Positions 26,426 to 37,098 are shown, numbered from the stretch's first letter. The stretch is DNA of 64,000 nt from Peptococcaceae bacterium UBA7185 (GCA_002491065.1 DKVF01000031.1:19946-83945); one strand, 5' to 3'. Notes: generated by a model not told the origin, from the letters alone. Made by a program: numbers and translations.

Positions 26426-26454
26426 TTTTCTTCACTCCTATCTTATGGTATAAT
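26426..26454 (+). promoter_or_regulatory. Candidate extended -10 promoter for the glc-like operon
   Basis: TGgTATAAT (26446-26454) with a weak -35. Confidence 0.35.
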
Positions 26455-26509
26455 AAACAGTCATAGTAAATTTTGATGCAAAGAGAATTTTTATACAGGG
26501 GATGGTATC

Positions 26510-27643
26510 ATGACGACCTATAAACCTTATGGCATTAAGGAAGTGCAGGAGCTTTTACGGCAGGCGAAAGGACAAGGGCTGCCGGTGTGGACTCGACATC
26601 AAAGACAAGAGGGTATGGGCCTGGATTTTCAGAATTGGAATAAAATTCGTGAAATAGATGAGAATAATCTCACGGTGACAGCAGAGCGAGGTGTGACCTT
26701 GGGAGAACTGGAGGATGCGGTGAACCGCTGCGGTCTGCATGTGGCTGCGATGACGGAGGATTTGCGCACGGTTACGCTGGGAGATTTTTTTGCAGAGCAA
26801 ATGCCCTGTCTCACTGCGGGATATTACAATCATCCCCGTTTTCAGGTGTTGGGTCTGGAGGTGCTCTTGCCCGACGGCGTGGTGCTGCATGTGGCGGGAA
26901 AAACAGTGAAAAATGTAACGGGCTACGATATGTGCCGCTTTTACATCAGCAATCGGGAGACCTTGGCCTTACCCATGGCATTTACCTTAAAATTGGTGTC
27001 CAAGGAGCCGGTGCAGGTGATGCTGGAGGCGGTGCTGGAACAGGAAGATTTGCTCATGCCGCTGGTTGTGCAAATGCGGAAACGGCGGATCACACCGCAG
27101 GTCTTTGTTTATTGGAATGCCGTCGCTGCGGAAATAGTGAAGCAGGAAGGGACTGCGGGGCATTTGATGATGTCTTTTTGCGGTAGCGAGGCAAAGGTAA
27201 AGCGGGAGCTAGAAGCAATCAGCGATTTGGCCGAAGAAATGCAGATAGGTCTGCAGCTTTGCACAGAGCCGGAACAGTTGTGGTGGAGTCTGAAAACTCT
27301 GCGCAGTCATACTGTCTGGGCAGATGGATTAAAGGTTCCATCGTTGTATTGCGGTGTGTTGATGGAGGAGCTAACGACGCAGAAAATAGGCTGCTGGTAT
27401 AGCCCATTGGAGGGCAGCCTGCATCTTCTACCGGAAGATGCAGATGGTGTGCAGTATCAGGCCTTGTGCAATCGCGCAGTAGAATTGGGTGGCTGCGGAA
27501 ACTGGTACTACCAATATCAATACCACTTTGCGCCTGCGGGGGAAACGGCCATTTGGCAAAAGCTGAAGGAGAAATTTGACAGTGAGAATCGATTGAATCC
27601 AATGGAGATAGGCGGTGCGATAGAACATGACGACAAAAATTGA
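26510..27643 (+). CDS. GlcE-like FAD-binding subunit of a glycolate/D-2-hydroxyacid oxidase complex
   Basis: Its size, its position upstream of overlapping GlcF- and GlcD-like genes, and a degenerate PCMH-type FAD-binding N-terminus support the call. SD AGGGGA precedes the start. Confidence 0.55.
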   Translation: MTTYKPYGIKEVQELLRQAKGQGLPVWTRHQRQEGMGLDFQNWNKIREIDENNLTVTAERGVTLGELEDAVNRCGLHVAAMTEDLRTVTLGDFFAEQMPCLTAGYYNHPRFQVLGLEVLLPDGVVLHVAGKTVKNVTGYDMCRFYISNRETLALPMAFTLKLVSKEPVQVMLEAVLEQEDLLMPLVVQMRKRRITPQVFVYWNAVAAEIVKQEGTAGHLMMSFCGSEAKVKRELEAISDLAEEMQIGLQLCTEPEQLWWSLKTLRSHTVWADGLKVPSLYCGVLMEELTTQKIGCWYSPLEGSLHLLPEDADGVQYQALCNRAVELGGCGNWYYQYQYHFAPAGETAIWQKLKEKFDSENRLNPMEIGGAIEHDDKN

Positions 27644-28943
27644 TGCCAATAAACGGAAACACTGGGAACGGGAATTATCAAAATGTATCCGCTGCGGTAC
27701 CTGCCGCCAGTTTTGTCCCATTCATCAGGTGTTGGATGATGAGTCTTATACGGCGCGGGGAAAATTATATTTGGTAGATCAGTTGCTGCACAGCGATTTT
27801 TTATTAAGCGATGGATTTGTAGAGATGATCAGTAAATGTGTTATGTGCAAGGCATGTGCGGCCAATTGTCCTTCTGGGGTCAACACATACCAGATTTTTA
27901 TGGAGATGCGGCAGGAGATTGTCAAGGAGAGAGGATTGTCCTTTACCAAACAGTCCATTTTCAGGGCGCTGCATTGGCGGAAATTTTTTGACTTTGGACT
28001 TTCCTGTGGGGCTTGGTTTCAGCGTTTGATTTTTAAACCGGCGCCGGATGGTCCCGGGCAGGTGGCACGGGTGCCCCTGCCTATGGCCGGGTTTAATCAG
28101 AGAAGAATTATCCCCAATCTGCCTAAACGGCATTTGAAGCAACTGGTGCCGCTGGAAAGCAAGGCCCAGGGAAAAGAACTGTATCGTGTGGGTTTTTTTA
28201 CCGGATGTATGCTGAATTATGTGTATCCGCAGATTGGGCAGGATTTGATTAGGGTGCTGAATCTCCATGGCGTGACGGTCATTACGCCCAGAGAGCAGCA
28301 TTGCTGCGGAACACCGCTGTTTACCTCAGGCGAGGTGGAAATTGCCCGTGATTTGATTCACAACAATTTGACAGCCTTTGGCGGTTTGGATATTGATTAT
28401 GTGATTACTGCCTGCGGTTCTGGCGGCCTGGCCTGGAAAGAGGAGTTTGCCAAAGTATTGGGCGAGAGCCATCCTGATTATGGTCTGGCGTTGGAATTGG
28501 GGCGCAAGACAAAGGATATCAGTGAATTTTTAATCATGATTGGCTTAAATCTGGAAGAACTGAAACCGCTGCAGCAAAAGGTCACATATCATGATTCCTG
28601 TCACTTGAACAGAGGGCAGAAAATCCATGAAGAGCCCCGTCAGATTTTGCGGGCGTTGGCCGGGGAGAATTATGTAGAGATGAAAAAGGCCGATGCGTGC
28701 TGCGGCTCCGGCGGCTCTTTTAATCTGAAATATTATGAGTTGTCCCGTCAGATTAACCAAAAGAAAACTGGCTATATTGCCGAAAGCGGCGCCGATGTGG
28801 TGGCAGTGGGCTGTCCTGCTTGCCTGATGCACATTCAGGACGGCTTGGAGCAGGACGGGATACAAGTGGAAGTAAAACATATTGTGGAGTTGCTGGCAGA
28901 AAGCTATGGACTTCATGAGCAGCAGAAGGAGGAACGGTCATGA
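27627..28943 (+). CDS. glcF: GlcF-like Fe-S subunit (2x[4Fe-4S] + two CCG domains)
   Basis: CIRCGTCRQFCP and CVMCKACAANCP, plus CCGTPLF and ACCGSGGSF. It overlaps the upstream gene by 17 nt. Confidence 0.75.
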   Translation: MTTKIDANKRKHWERELSKCIRCGTCRQFCPIHQVLDDESYTARGKLYLVDQLLHSDFLLSDGFVEMISKCVMCKACAANCPSGVNTYQIFMEMRQEIVKERGLSFTKQSIFRALHWRKFFDFGLSCGAWFQRLIFKPAPDGPGQVARVPLPMAGFNQRRIIPNLPKRHLKQLVPLESKAQGKELYRVGFFTGCMLNYVYPQIGQDLIRVLNLHGVTVITPREQHCCGTPLFTSGEVEIARDLIHNNLTAFGGLDIDYVITACGSGGLAWKEEFAKVLGESHPDYGLALELGRKTKDISEFLIMIGLNLEELKPLQQKVTYHDSCHLNRGQKIHEEPRQILRALAGENYVEMKKADACCGSGGSFNLKYYELSRQINQKKTGYIAESGADVVAVGCPACLMHIQDGLEQDGIQVEVKHIVELLAESYGLHEQQKEERS

Positions 28944-30358
28944 GAGTAGGAGCAACGGTGACAGAGGCTGTGCTGGATGAGCTGCGGCGCATTGTGGGCA
29001 AGGAGCATGTACACACGGAAATAGAAAAACTGATGGTCTATTCCTTTGACAGTACCTTTCAAAATCATCTGCCGGAGGTTTTGGTAAAGCCGCACACGGT
29101 GGAGGAAACAGCTGCTGTGGTGAAGGCGGCGGCCCAATATGGGATTCCCCTCACAGTGCGCGGTGCCGGAACCTGTCTTTCCGGCGGGCCGGTGGCTTTA
29201 GAGGGTGGAATTTTGATGGAGATGACAGCCTTTAAACGCATTATAGAGATCAATGCAGCGGAAGGCTATGCGGTGGTCGAACCCGGTGTAGTGACCAACG
29301 AGCTCATTGCTGCCGCGGAGGAAAAGGGATTGTTTTATCCGCCGGACCCTTCTAGCAGTGGAATGTCCACGGTGGGCGGCAATGTAGCCGAATGTGCTGG
29401 CGGCGGTCGAGGTGTGAAGTACGGGGTGACCAGAGATTATGTGTTGGAGTTGCAGTTGATTTTGCCCGATGGACAGTGTATTACAGTGGGCAATAAGGTA
29501 GACGGTTTGACGGGTTGGCTGGACTTGCCCATGCTGTTCACAGGCTCAGAGGGAACGCTGGCGATTATTACACAGATTACGGTGCGCCTTCTGCCCAAAC
29601 CACAGGCAATTCGCACTGCTTTGGTGCAATATGCTCAGCTTGATGCGGCAGCTCACACAGTGAGCGCCATTATTGGGGCAGGGGTTGTACCTACTACCAT
29701 TGAGATTATGGACCAGATGACGCTGCGCGCTGTGGAAAACTTTTTGCAGATTGGCTTGGACACCAGCAAGGCGGCCTTTGTGCTGCTGGAGGTGGACGGT
29801 GAGCCTCAGGAAGTGGAGCTGCAGCTGGAGCAGGTAATCCAAATCTGCAAGGAAAACGGCGCGGTGGAGATACAGGTAGCCCATGACGAAAGGGAACGGG
29901 CGGCCTTGTGGAAGGCACGGAAATCGACCTCCGGTGCCTGCGGCAAAATCAATCCGACGAAAATCGGAGAAGATATTGCGGTGCCGCCGGCCAATATTCC
30001 CAAGATGATTCAGGCGGTGAAGGAAATTGCGGAAAAATATCGGCTGAATATGGTCGTATTCGGGCACGCCGGCGACGGCAATTTGCATCCCAATATCATG
30101 ACAGATAAACGGAACACAGAGGAAATGGAGCGGGTGAATCAGGCCATCGACGAGCTGTTTGCGCGGGCGTTGGCTTTGGGCGGTACCCTGTCGGGAGAGC
30201 ATGGTATCGGATTTATGAAGGCGGCGTATGTATTGCAGGAGCTGGGGCGAGATGGGTATCTGGCGCAAAAGTCTGTGAAGGACGCCTTAGACCCCCAAGG
30301 TTTTCTCAACCCTGGGAAAATTTTTATAGAAAAAGAATTGGAGTTGCAGCATGAGTGA
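28940..30358 (+). CDS. glcD: GlcD-like FAD-linked oxidase
   Basis: FAD-binding PCMH domain (VRGAGTCLSGG) and C-terminal motif GEHGIG. ATGA start overlap. Confidence 0.8.
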   Translation: MRVGATVTEAVLDELRRIVGKEHVHTEIEKLMVYSFDSTFQNHLPEVLVKPHTVEETAAVVKAAAQYGIPLTVRGAGTCLSGGPVALEGGILMEMTAFKRIIEINAAEGYAVVEPGVVTNELIAAAEEKGLFYPPDPSSSGMSTVGGNVAECAGGGRGVKYGVTRDYVLELQLILPDGQCITVGNKVDGLTGWLDLPMLFTGSEGTLAIITQITVRLLPKPQAIRTALVQYAQLDAAAHTVSAIIGAGVVPTTIEIMDQMTLRAVENFLQIGLDTSKAAFVLLEVDGEPQEVELQLEQVIQICKENGAVEIQVAHDERERAALWKARKSTSGACGKINPTKIGEDIAVPPANIPKMIQAVKEIAEKYRLNMVVFGHAGDGNLHPNIMTDKRNTEEMERVNQAIDELFARALALGGTLSGEHGIGFMKAAYVLQELGRDGYLAQKSVKDALDPQGFLNPGKIFIEKELELQHE

Positions 30359-32294
30359 GCAGCTGTTTTTACCGGTAAATAAGAAGGAGGCACACAACAG
30401 AGGCTGGGATGAGCTGGACTTTATTGTAGTGTCTGGAGATGCTTATGTGGACCATCCTAGTTTTGGCACGGCTCTGGTGGCGAGGCTTCTGGAGCATGAG
30501 GGCTTTCGTGTAGGGATTATTGCTCAGCCTGATGTGACGCGCTGCCAGAGTATGATGGCTTTTGGCCGGCCCCGTTATGCTTTTTTGGTGGGCAGCGGCA
30601 ATATTGATTCTATGGTGAATCATTACACAGCGGCCAAAAAGCCTCGCAGCAATGATGTCTATTCGCCAGGCGGGCAAAAGGGCCTGCGGCCGGACCGTGC
30701 GGTGGATGTGTATTGCCAGCTGGTGCGGGAGGCGTATCCCGATGTCCCGCTAATGATTGGCGGTGTGGAGGCCAGTCTGCGTCGGTTTGCCCATTATGAT
30801 TATTGGGAGGATAGTGTGCGCCCTTCTATTTTGCAGACTTCTGGAGCAGACCTTTTGATGTACGGGATGAGTGAGCATCAGCTCAAAGAATTGGCCCAGG
30901 GCTTTGAACGGGGCTGGCCGCTGCACAAGATGCGCAATGTGCAGGGCACCTGTTATTGGAGCGATACGCTGCCCAAAAAGGGTGAATATATGGTTTTGCC
31001 CAGCTATGAAGAGGTGCAGCGGGATAAAAAGAAATTTGCCGAGGCCTTTGCCATCCAAAACAGGGAGCAGAATCCTTTCCTGGGGAGGATCTTGGTACAG
31101 CCCCACGGGGAGCGGTATCTCATTCAATTGCCTCCGGCGAAGCCGCTGAGTCAGCAGGAAATGGACGAAATTTACCGTCTGCCTTTTCAGCGCACCTACC
31201 ATCCCCGCTATGAAAAGGCCGGAGGAATTCCGGCGCTCAAGGAAGTGGAATTTAGTATTACTGACCATCGGGGCTGTTTTGGCGGATGTACCTTCTGTGC
31301 AATCAATTTCCATCAGGGACGGATTATCCAAAACCGTAGCAAGGAGTCTATCGTGGAGGAAGCAAAGTTGATGACTCGCTTGCCGAGCTTTAAGGGATAT
31401 ATTCACGATGTGGGAGGCCCTACAGGGAATTTTCGCAATATGTCCTGTAAAAAGCAGTTAAAAGTAGGAACCTGCAAGGATCGTCAATGCTTATTCCCCG
31501 ATTTGTGTCCCAATCTGGAAGTGGACCATAAGGAATATTTGGATATTTTGCGCACAGTGCGCAATCTGGACAAGGTAAAAAAGGTATTCATTCGTTCTGG
31601 AGTGCGCTTTGATTATATTTTAGCAGATCCCGATCCCACTTTTTTTGATGAAATGTGTGAATTCCATATTAGCGGCTTGCTGAAGGTGGCACCGGAGCAT
31701 GTGGCGCCTAATGCGCTGCACTATATGGGAAAACCAAAACGGGAAGTGTTTGACCGCTTTGTAAAGCGGTATTTTGACTATAATCGCCGTGTGGGCAAGG
31801 AACAGTATCTGGTGCCTTATTTTATGTCCAGCCATCCTGGCTGTACGCTGCAGGACGCTGTGATTTTGGCAGAGTATATTCGTGACATTGGCTATAATCC
31901 TGAGCAGGTGCAGGATTTTATTCCCACACCGGGCAGTATGGCGACGGCGATGTATTACAGCGGATATGATCCCCGCACCATGAAGCCGGTGTATGTGCCC
32001 AGAGATCCCCATGAGAAGGCGATGCAGCGGGCCTTGATGCAATATCGCAATCCCAAGAATTATGATTTGGTGCATGAAGCATTGGTGAAGGCGGGGAGAG
32101 AGGATTTGATTGGCTTTGGCGAAAAATGTCTGATTCGTCCTGTTAAGCTCAAACTGAAACCAAAGGTAAATGGTGAAGGGAAAAAGGGGAAAGCGGTAGA
32201 AAAGCAGAATACTAAAAAGCAGAGACCTGAGGCAGAGAAAGGGAAACATTCTCAGAAAACGGAGAAAAAAGTTCAGGGCAAGAAAAAACGGTAA
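30351..32294 (+). CDS. ygiQ: YgiQ-family radical SAM protein
   Basis: N-terminal LPVNKKEAHNRGWDELDFIVVSGDAYVDHPSFG (YgiQ N-domain), radical SAM cluster CFGGCTFCAI and a Lys-rich tail. It overlaps glcD by 8 nt. Confidence 0.85.
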   Translation: MSEQLFLPVNKKEAHNRGWDELDFIVVSGDAYVDHPSFGTALVARLLEHEGFRVGIIAQPDVTRCQSMMAFGRPRYAFLVGSGNIDSMVNHYTAAKKPRSNDVYSPGGQKGLRPDRAVDVYCQLVREAYPDVPLMIGGVEASLRRFAHYDYWEDSVRPSILQTSGADLLMYGMSEHQLKELAQGFERGWPLHKMRNVQGTCYWSDTLPKKGEYMVLPSYEEVQRDKKKFAEAFAIQNREQNPFLGRILVQPHGERYLIQLPPAKPLSQQEMDEIYRLPFQRTYHPRYEKAGGIPALKEVEFSITDHRGCFGGCTFCAINFHQGRIIQNRSKESIVEEAKLMTRLPSFKGYIHDVGGPTGNFRNMSCKKQLKVGTCKDRQCLFPDLCPNLEVDHKEYLDILRTVRNLDKVKKVFIRSGVRFDYILADPDPTFFDEMCEFHISGLLKVAPEHVAPNALHYMGKPKREVFDRFVKRYFDYNRRVGKEQYLVPYFMSSHPGCTLQDAVILAEYIRDIGYNPEQVQDFIPTPGSMATAMYYSGYDPRTMKPVYVPRDPHEKAMQRALMQYRNPKNYDLVHEALVKAGREDLIGFGEKCLIRPVKLKLKPKVNGEGKKGKAVEKQNTKKQRPEAEKGKHSQKTEKKVQGKKKR

Positions 32295-32418
32295 TGATTT
32301 CAGTATCAAAATTTATGGTATGAGAGAAAAGAAGTAGAAAAATAAAAGAGCCTCTTCCTTTTTAGATGGGAATGGGTTACAATGAAAGATAGAATTTTTT
32401 CTGGAGGCCAGATACAGG

Positions 32419-33294
32419 ATGAGAAGTATGACAGGCTATGGTCGGGGCGAGGGTGACAATGGCGCGCTGAAAGTAATTGTGGAGGTAAAAGCGGTGAATC
32501 ACCGCTATGGTGAGATTACCATCAAGCAGCCCAGACAGTTTATGGCATTGGAAGATAAAATGAAGAAAGTTGTCGGCGAATATATTGAGCGGGGCAAGGT
32601 AGATATTTTTGTGCGCGCGCAGGAATTGACCGATGCTGAAAAGCCGGTGCAGATTGATGAGCAGCGGGTGTTGGCTTATCATAAGGCGCTGCAGAAGATA
32701 TCGGGGATTGTGGGCGGCAGATATATTGCCGACCCTTACCAGCTAATTGTTCTGCCGGATGTGATTTTGAAGGAAGAACCGGAAACTGATGTGCAGGTGC
32801 TTTGGCCCTTGGTGGAGCAGGTGCTGCGGCAGGCAATGGAGCAGCATGTCGCCATGCGGGAGCAGGAAGGTACGCACATCGGTGAAAATTTATCGGAAAA
32901 AATAGCGGGCTTACAGCGGTTGACTGCACAGGTGGCGCAGCGCAGCCCTCTGGTGCTGGTCGAGTATCAGGAAAAGCTGGCGGCGCGAATCAAGGAGTTG
33001 TTGGACAGCACGGCTGTTGATGAGGAGCGTTTGGCCCAGGAGGTTGCTTATTTTGCGGAGAAAAGCTGCATTGATGAGGAACTGGTACGGCTGCAGAGTC
33101 ATTTTGAGCAGTTTTATGCCATTGCTGCCCAGAACGGAAGCATCGGCCGTAAGCTGGATTTTTTAATTCAGGAAATGAACAGAGAGACCAATACCATTGG
33201 CTCTAAGGCCAATGATTTGGAAATTGGTCGATTGATTGTGGAAATGAAAAGCGAACTGGAAAAAGTGCGGGAACAAATACAAAATATTGAATAG
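32419..33294 (+). CDS. yicC: YicC/YloC-family protein (endoribonuclease)
   Basis: MRSMTGYGRGE N-terminus and C-terminal motifs GRKLDFLIQEMNRETNTIGSK. Confidence 0.9.
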   Translation: MRSMTGYGRGEGDNGALKVIVEVKAVNHRYGEITIKQPRQFMALEDKMKKVVGEYIERGKVDIFVRAQELTDAEKPVQIDEQRVLAYHKALQKISGIVGGRYIADPYQLIVLPDVILKEEPETDVQVLWPLVEQVLRQAMEQHVAMREQEGTHIGENLSEKIAGLQRLTAQVAQRSPLVLVEYQEKLAARIKELLDSTAVDEERLAQEVAYFAEKSCIDEELVRLQSHFEQFYAIAAQNGSIGRKLDFLIQEMNRETNTIGSKANDLEIGRLIVEMKSELEKVREQIQNIE

Positions 33295-33314
33295 AATTGC
33301 AAAGGGGACGAATC

Positions 33315-33554
33315 ATGCATCAGTTTATGAATATTGGCTTTGACAATATGGTGGCGGTTGAACGGATTGTGGCTATTGTTTCGCCGGAAAGTGCGCCTGT
33401 TAAACGACTGGTGCAGGCGGCAAAAGAGGACGGAAATGTCATTGATGTGACCCATGGCCGGAAAACGCGGGCGGTGGTGTTTACAGACAGCAAATATATC
33501 ATTCTGTCTGCGATTCAGTCGGATACTTTGACTGGAAGACTGGACACAGACTAG
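33315..33554 (+). CDS. remA: RemA/YlzA (DUF370) family regulator
   Basis: MNIGFDNMVAVERIVAIVSPESAPVKRL...VIDVTHGRKTRAVV. ATG 33315 follows AAGGGGA. Confidence 0.88.
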   Translation: MHQFMNIGFDNMVAVERIVAIVSPESAPVKRLVQAAKEDGNVIDVTHGRKTRAVVFTDSKYIILSAIQSDTLTGRLDTD

Positions 33555-33576
33555 GTTGGCAATACAGGAGGGAAAG

Positions 33577-34179
33577 ATGGAAGAACAGAAAAAACGGGGA
33601 ATCCTCTTGGTATTATCCGGGCCTTCCGGTACAGGAAAAGGGACAGTATGCGCTATGGTGCGCGACCATTTAGGGGACAGTGTATGTTATTCTATTTCGG
33701 CTACTACGCGGCAGCCCCGTCCCGGTGAAGTGCACGGCAGGGAGTATTTTTTCTTCAGCAAAGAGGAATTTGCGGCATTGAGGGAGCAAGATGGATTTTT
33801 AGAATGGGCGCAGGTCTATGATAATTTTTATGGCACACCGCGCAAGTTTGTGGAGGATGTCTTGGCTTCCGGCAAGGACTGTATTCTGGAAATTGACCCC
33901 CAGGGCGCGATGCAGGTGCGCAGCGCCACAGATGAAGCGGTCTTGGTATTTATAGCGCCGCCGTCGTTGGAAGAGCTGCGCAGTCGCTTGACGGGGCGGG
34001 GTACTGAATCCGAGGAAGAAGTGGAAAAACGGCTGGGCTGTGCCGCAGCTGAGCTGGCTTATCAGGATAAATATGATTACATCATCGTGAATGACGATGT
34101 GGAGAAGGCCGCTATGAAAATGGAAGCGATTTTGTTGGCTGAAAAGTGCCGCAGTGCGCGCAGTTTATCAGACAAATAA
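33577..34179 (+). CDS. gmk: Guanylate kinase
   Basis: P-loop LSGPSGTGKGT and ATTRQPRPGEVHGREYFF. ATG 33577 follows AGGAGGG. Confidence 0.95.
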   Translation: MEEQKKRGILLVLSGPSGTGKGTVCAMVRDHLGDSVCYSISATTRQPRPGEVHGREYFFFSKEEFAALREQDGFLEWAQVYDNFYGTPRKFVEDVLASGKDCILEIDPQGAMQVRSATDEAVLVFIAPPSLEELRSRLTGRGTESEEEVEKRLGCAAAELAYQDKYDYIIVNDDVEKAAMKMEAILLAEKCRSARSLSDK

Positions 34180-34259
34180 ATCGTATGAGACTGTTTGATG
34201 CGGCATAAAATAAGGTAACACTGTAAATTAGGTATCTAAATAAAAATGGAGGGTTTTTC

Positions 34260-34466
34260 ATGGTAGAACCGACGATTGATGAATTATTGACAAAGGCTGA
34301 CAGTAAGTACTCTTTGGTGTGTGCGGCTGCCAAGCGAGCGCGGGAGATTGTGGACGGCGCAGAGCCGCTGAACAGCGGCGACGCCAAAAAACCTGTGACC
34401 ATTGCGCTGCAGGAAATTGGGGAAGATAAAATTAAATATGAACAGACCACGGAAGGCATCAAATAA
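34260..34466 (+). CDS. rpoZ: DNA-directed RNA polymerase subunit omega
   Basis: MVEPTIDELLTKADSKYSLVCAAAKRAREI, 68 aa. Confidence 0.93.
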   Translation: MVEPTIDELLTKADSKYSLVCAAAKRAREIVDGAEPLNSGDAKKPVTIALQEIGEDKIKYEQTTEGIK

Positions 34467-35674
34467 TGGCAAATATCATTGTGGGTGTGACCGGCGGCAT
34501 TGCTGCGTATAAAGCTGCAGAACTGGTGAGCCTGCTGACCAAACAGGGACATGCGGTGCGCTGCATTATGACGCGGGCAGCTGGGCAGTTTATCACGCCG
34601 CTGACCTTGCAGACGCTGTCTGGCAATAAGGTTTACACAGATATGTTTACCTTGCAGGAGGAGCCTGAATGGCAGGTGGAGCATGTTGGCTTGGCCCGTT
34701 GGGCAGACTGCATCCTCATCGTTCCGGCCAGCGCTGATTTTTTGGGAAAGGTGGCCCATGGTCTGGCCGATGATTTGCTGAGTACTTGCGTGATGGCCAC
34801 GAAGGCGTCGGTGTATTTTGCGCTGGCGATGAATGATCAAATGTATGCCAATCCTTTGGTGCAGCGTAATATTCAGCTGCTGAGGGAAGTAGGATATCAT
34901 TTTATTGAGCCAGAGGAGGGAGCCTTGGCCTGTGGCACATCGGGCAAGGGTCGTATGGCTGCGCCGCAGAAAATTGCCTCTGTGTTGGAACGGCTCAGAA
35001 CGCAGGATTTGGAGCATTTGCGCATCGTGGTGACTGCCGGTCCCACGAGAGAGGCCATTGACCCGGTGCGTTATCTGACCAACCACAGCAGCGGAAAAAT
35101 GGGTTATGCCATTGCCAGGCAGGCAGTCAACCGCGGCGCAGAGGTGATATTGATCAGCGGGCCGTCACAGGAGCAGGTTCCGCCGGGGGTTACCTATGTG
35201 CCGGTGCAGTCTGCACAGGAGATGTTTTTGGCTGTACAGCAATATTATGGACAGGCCGATGCGGTGATTAAGGCGGCGGCAGTTGCAGATTACCGGCCAA
35301 AGCAGGTGCTTGACAAAAAAATGAAAAAGACAGAGGGCAACCTGACGCTGGAATTGGAGCGCAATGTGGATATTCTGGCTTGGCTGGGTGCGCATAAAAC
35401 GGAGCAAATCTTGGTAGGTTTTGCTGCGGAAACCGACCATGTAGAGCAGAATGCATTGGGAAAACTGCAGCGCAAGCATTTGGATTTTATTGCCGCGAAT
35501 GACGTGACAGAAGCAAATAGCGGCTTTGGGAAGGATACAAACAAGATTGCGCTTTACGGCGCAGATCACAGTGTGACAAATTTTCCAGTGCTGCGTAAGG
35601 AGGATGCTGCGGATTGTATTTTGGATGCAGTATTGCAGCTTTATCAGGCGAAACATACAAATAGAAAAAATTAA
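34466..35674 (+). CDS. coaBC: Bifunctional phosphopantothenoylcysteine decarboxylase / phosphopantothenate-cysteine ligase
   Basis: MANIIVGVTGGIAAYKA flavoprotein N-domain and C-terminal CoaB (TAGPTREAIDPVRYLTNHSSGKMG). TAATG overlap with rpoZ. Confidence 0.95.
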   Translation: MANIIVGVTGGIAAYKAAELVSLLTKQGHAVRCIMTRAAGQFITPLTLQTLSGNKVYTDMFTLQEEPEWQVEHVGLARWADCILIVPASADFLGKVAHGLADDLLSTCVMATKASVYFALAMNDQMYANPLVQRNIQLLREVGYHFIEPEEGALACGTSGKGRMAAPQKIASVLERLRTQDLEHLRIVVTAGPTREAIDPVRYLTNHSSGKMGYAIARQAVNRGAEVILISGPSQEQVPPGVTYVPVQSAQEMFLAVQQYYGQADAVIKAAAVADYRPKQVLDKKMKKTEGNLTLELERNVDILAWLGAHKTEQILVGFAAETDHVEQNALGKLQRKHLDFIAANDVTEANSGFGKDTNKIALYGADHSVTNFPVLRKEDAADCILDAVLQLYQAKHTNRKN

Positions 35675-35716
35675 ATGGAAACAGAGAAGAGATTTTACTC
35701 AAGGAGTTGTAGGAAC

Positions 35717-36901
35717 ATGCGAAAATTATTCACTTCTGAATCTGTAACAGAAGGACATCCAGATAAGATGGCAGATCAGATTTCTGACGGAATTTTAGAT
35801 GCCATTCTGGAAAAAGACCCCATGGCCCGTGTGGCCTGTGAAACATTTCTGACCACAGGAATGGCATTGATTGCTGGTGAAATCAGCACCAACTGTTATG
35901 TGGACATGCCTAAAATTGTGCGGGAAACCATTCGTGAAATCGGTTATACCAATGCGACATACGGTTTCGACTGCAATACCAGCGCAGTATTGACCTCCAT
36001 TGACGAGCAGTCCCCGGATATTGCCATGGGCGTGGACAAGGCGTTGGAAGCCAGAGAAGGCGAATTTGATGAGATTGACGCCATTGGCGCTGGGGATCAG
36101 GGTATGATGTTTGGGTATGCCACCAATGAAACGGAATGCTATATGCCTATGCCTATTTATCTAGCCCATGGCTTGACAAAGCGTTTAACAGAGTTGCGCA
36201 AATCCGGTGAGATTCCTTATTTGCTGCCCGATGGAAAATCCCAGGTGACTGTGGAATATGAGGATGATAAACCAGTTCGTGTGGATGCGGTGGTTGTTTC
36301 TACACAGCACAAAGGGGAAGCGACCTTGGAGCAGATTCGCCAGGAGGTGATTGAAAAGGTGATTAAACCGGTGATTCCTGCGAAATTCCTTGATGAAAAT
36401 ACAAAATATTTTGTGAATCCCACAGGGCGTTTTGTGATTGGCGGCCCTCAGGGGGACACTGGTTTGACCGGCCGCAAGATTATCGTGGACACTTATGGCG
36501 GTATGGCACGGCATGGCGGCGGCGCTTTCTCCGGCAAGGACTGCACAAAGGTGGATCGCTCTGGAGCTTATGCGGCGCGGTATGTAGCGAAAAATGTGGT
36601 GGCTGCAGGTTTGGCAGACCGCTGTGAGGTGCAGTTGGCTTATGCTATTGGCGTAGCCCGTCCGATGTCGGTGCTGGTGGATACCTTTGGCACCAATAAA
36701 GTGGATGAAGAGAAAATTGCCAAGGCTGTGTTGGAGATCTTTGATTTGCGCCCGGCAGGAATCATCCGCGATTTGGATTTACGCCGTCCAATCTATAAAC
36801 AAACCGCTGCTTACGGTCATTTTGGCCGTACTGATTTGGATTTGCCGTGGGAACGAACCGATCGTGTGGAGGCATTAAAGAAAGCAGTTGCCGCTCAGTA
36901 A
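35717..36901 (+). CDS. metK: S-adenosylmethionine synthetase
   Basis: [33 protein letters not shown] and [12 protein letters not shown] 35717 follows AAGGAG. The ORF-track start at 35675 is an extension. Confidence 0.97.
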   Translation: MRKLFTSESVTEGHPDKMADQISDGILDAILEKDPMARVACETFLTTGMALIAGEISTNCYVDMPKIVRETIREIGYTNATYGFDCNTSAVLTSIDEQSPDIAMGVDKALEAREGEFDEIDAIGAGDQGMMFGYATNETECYMPMPIYLAHGLTKRLTELRKSGEIPYLLPDGKSQVTVEYEDDKPVRVDAVVVSTQHKGEATLEQIRQEVIEKVIKPVIPAKFLDENTKYFVNPTGRFVIGGPQGDTGLTGRKIIVDTYGGMARHGGGAFSGKDCTKVDRSGAYAARYVAKNVVAAGLADRCEVQLAYAIGVARPMSVLVDTFGTNKVDEEKIAKAVLEIFDLRPAGIIRDLDLRRPIYKQTAAYGHFGRTDLDLPWERTDRVEALKKAVAAQ

Positions 36902-37098
36902 GCGTAGAAGAAAGACAACGGACCAAGTGGAAATGGGGATATTGTAAAGCTGAAATATACAGAGAAACTATCAATCTCAAAGGATGAGGCAGGAGAATAT
37001 TTGTAATTTGGTTTACAATTTGCTACGTTTTCTCTTGTATAATCATAAAATAGTGATATGATAACAGTAGAACTTGATCTTGTGAAGGAGAGATTGCG

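Noticed and set aside
34112-35086. 324-aa minus-strand ORF antisense to rpoZ/coaBC; similar long antisense ORFs at 29546-30268, 30750-31406, 31620-32309 and 15701-16300
   Set aside because: The opposite strand encodes unambiguous conserved proteins. The antisense translations are Arg/His/Gln-rich with no motifs or ribosome-binding sites.
35675-35716. Possible SAM riboswitch upstream of metK
   Set aside because: Only about 40 nt separate coaBC and metK, which leaves no room for an S-box. metK appears co-transcribed with the upstream genes.
37012-37049. TTTACA ... TATAAT upstream of the ACT-domain gene
   Set aside because: The spacer is 20 nt, outside the functional range, and no properly spaced -35 or TGn element is present.
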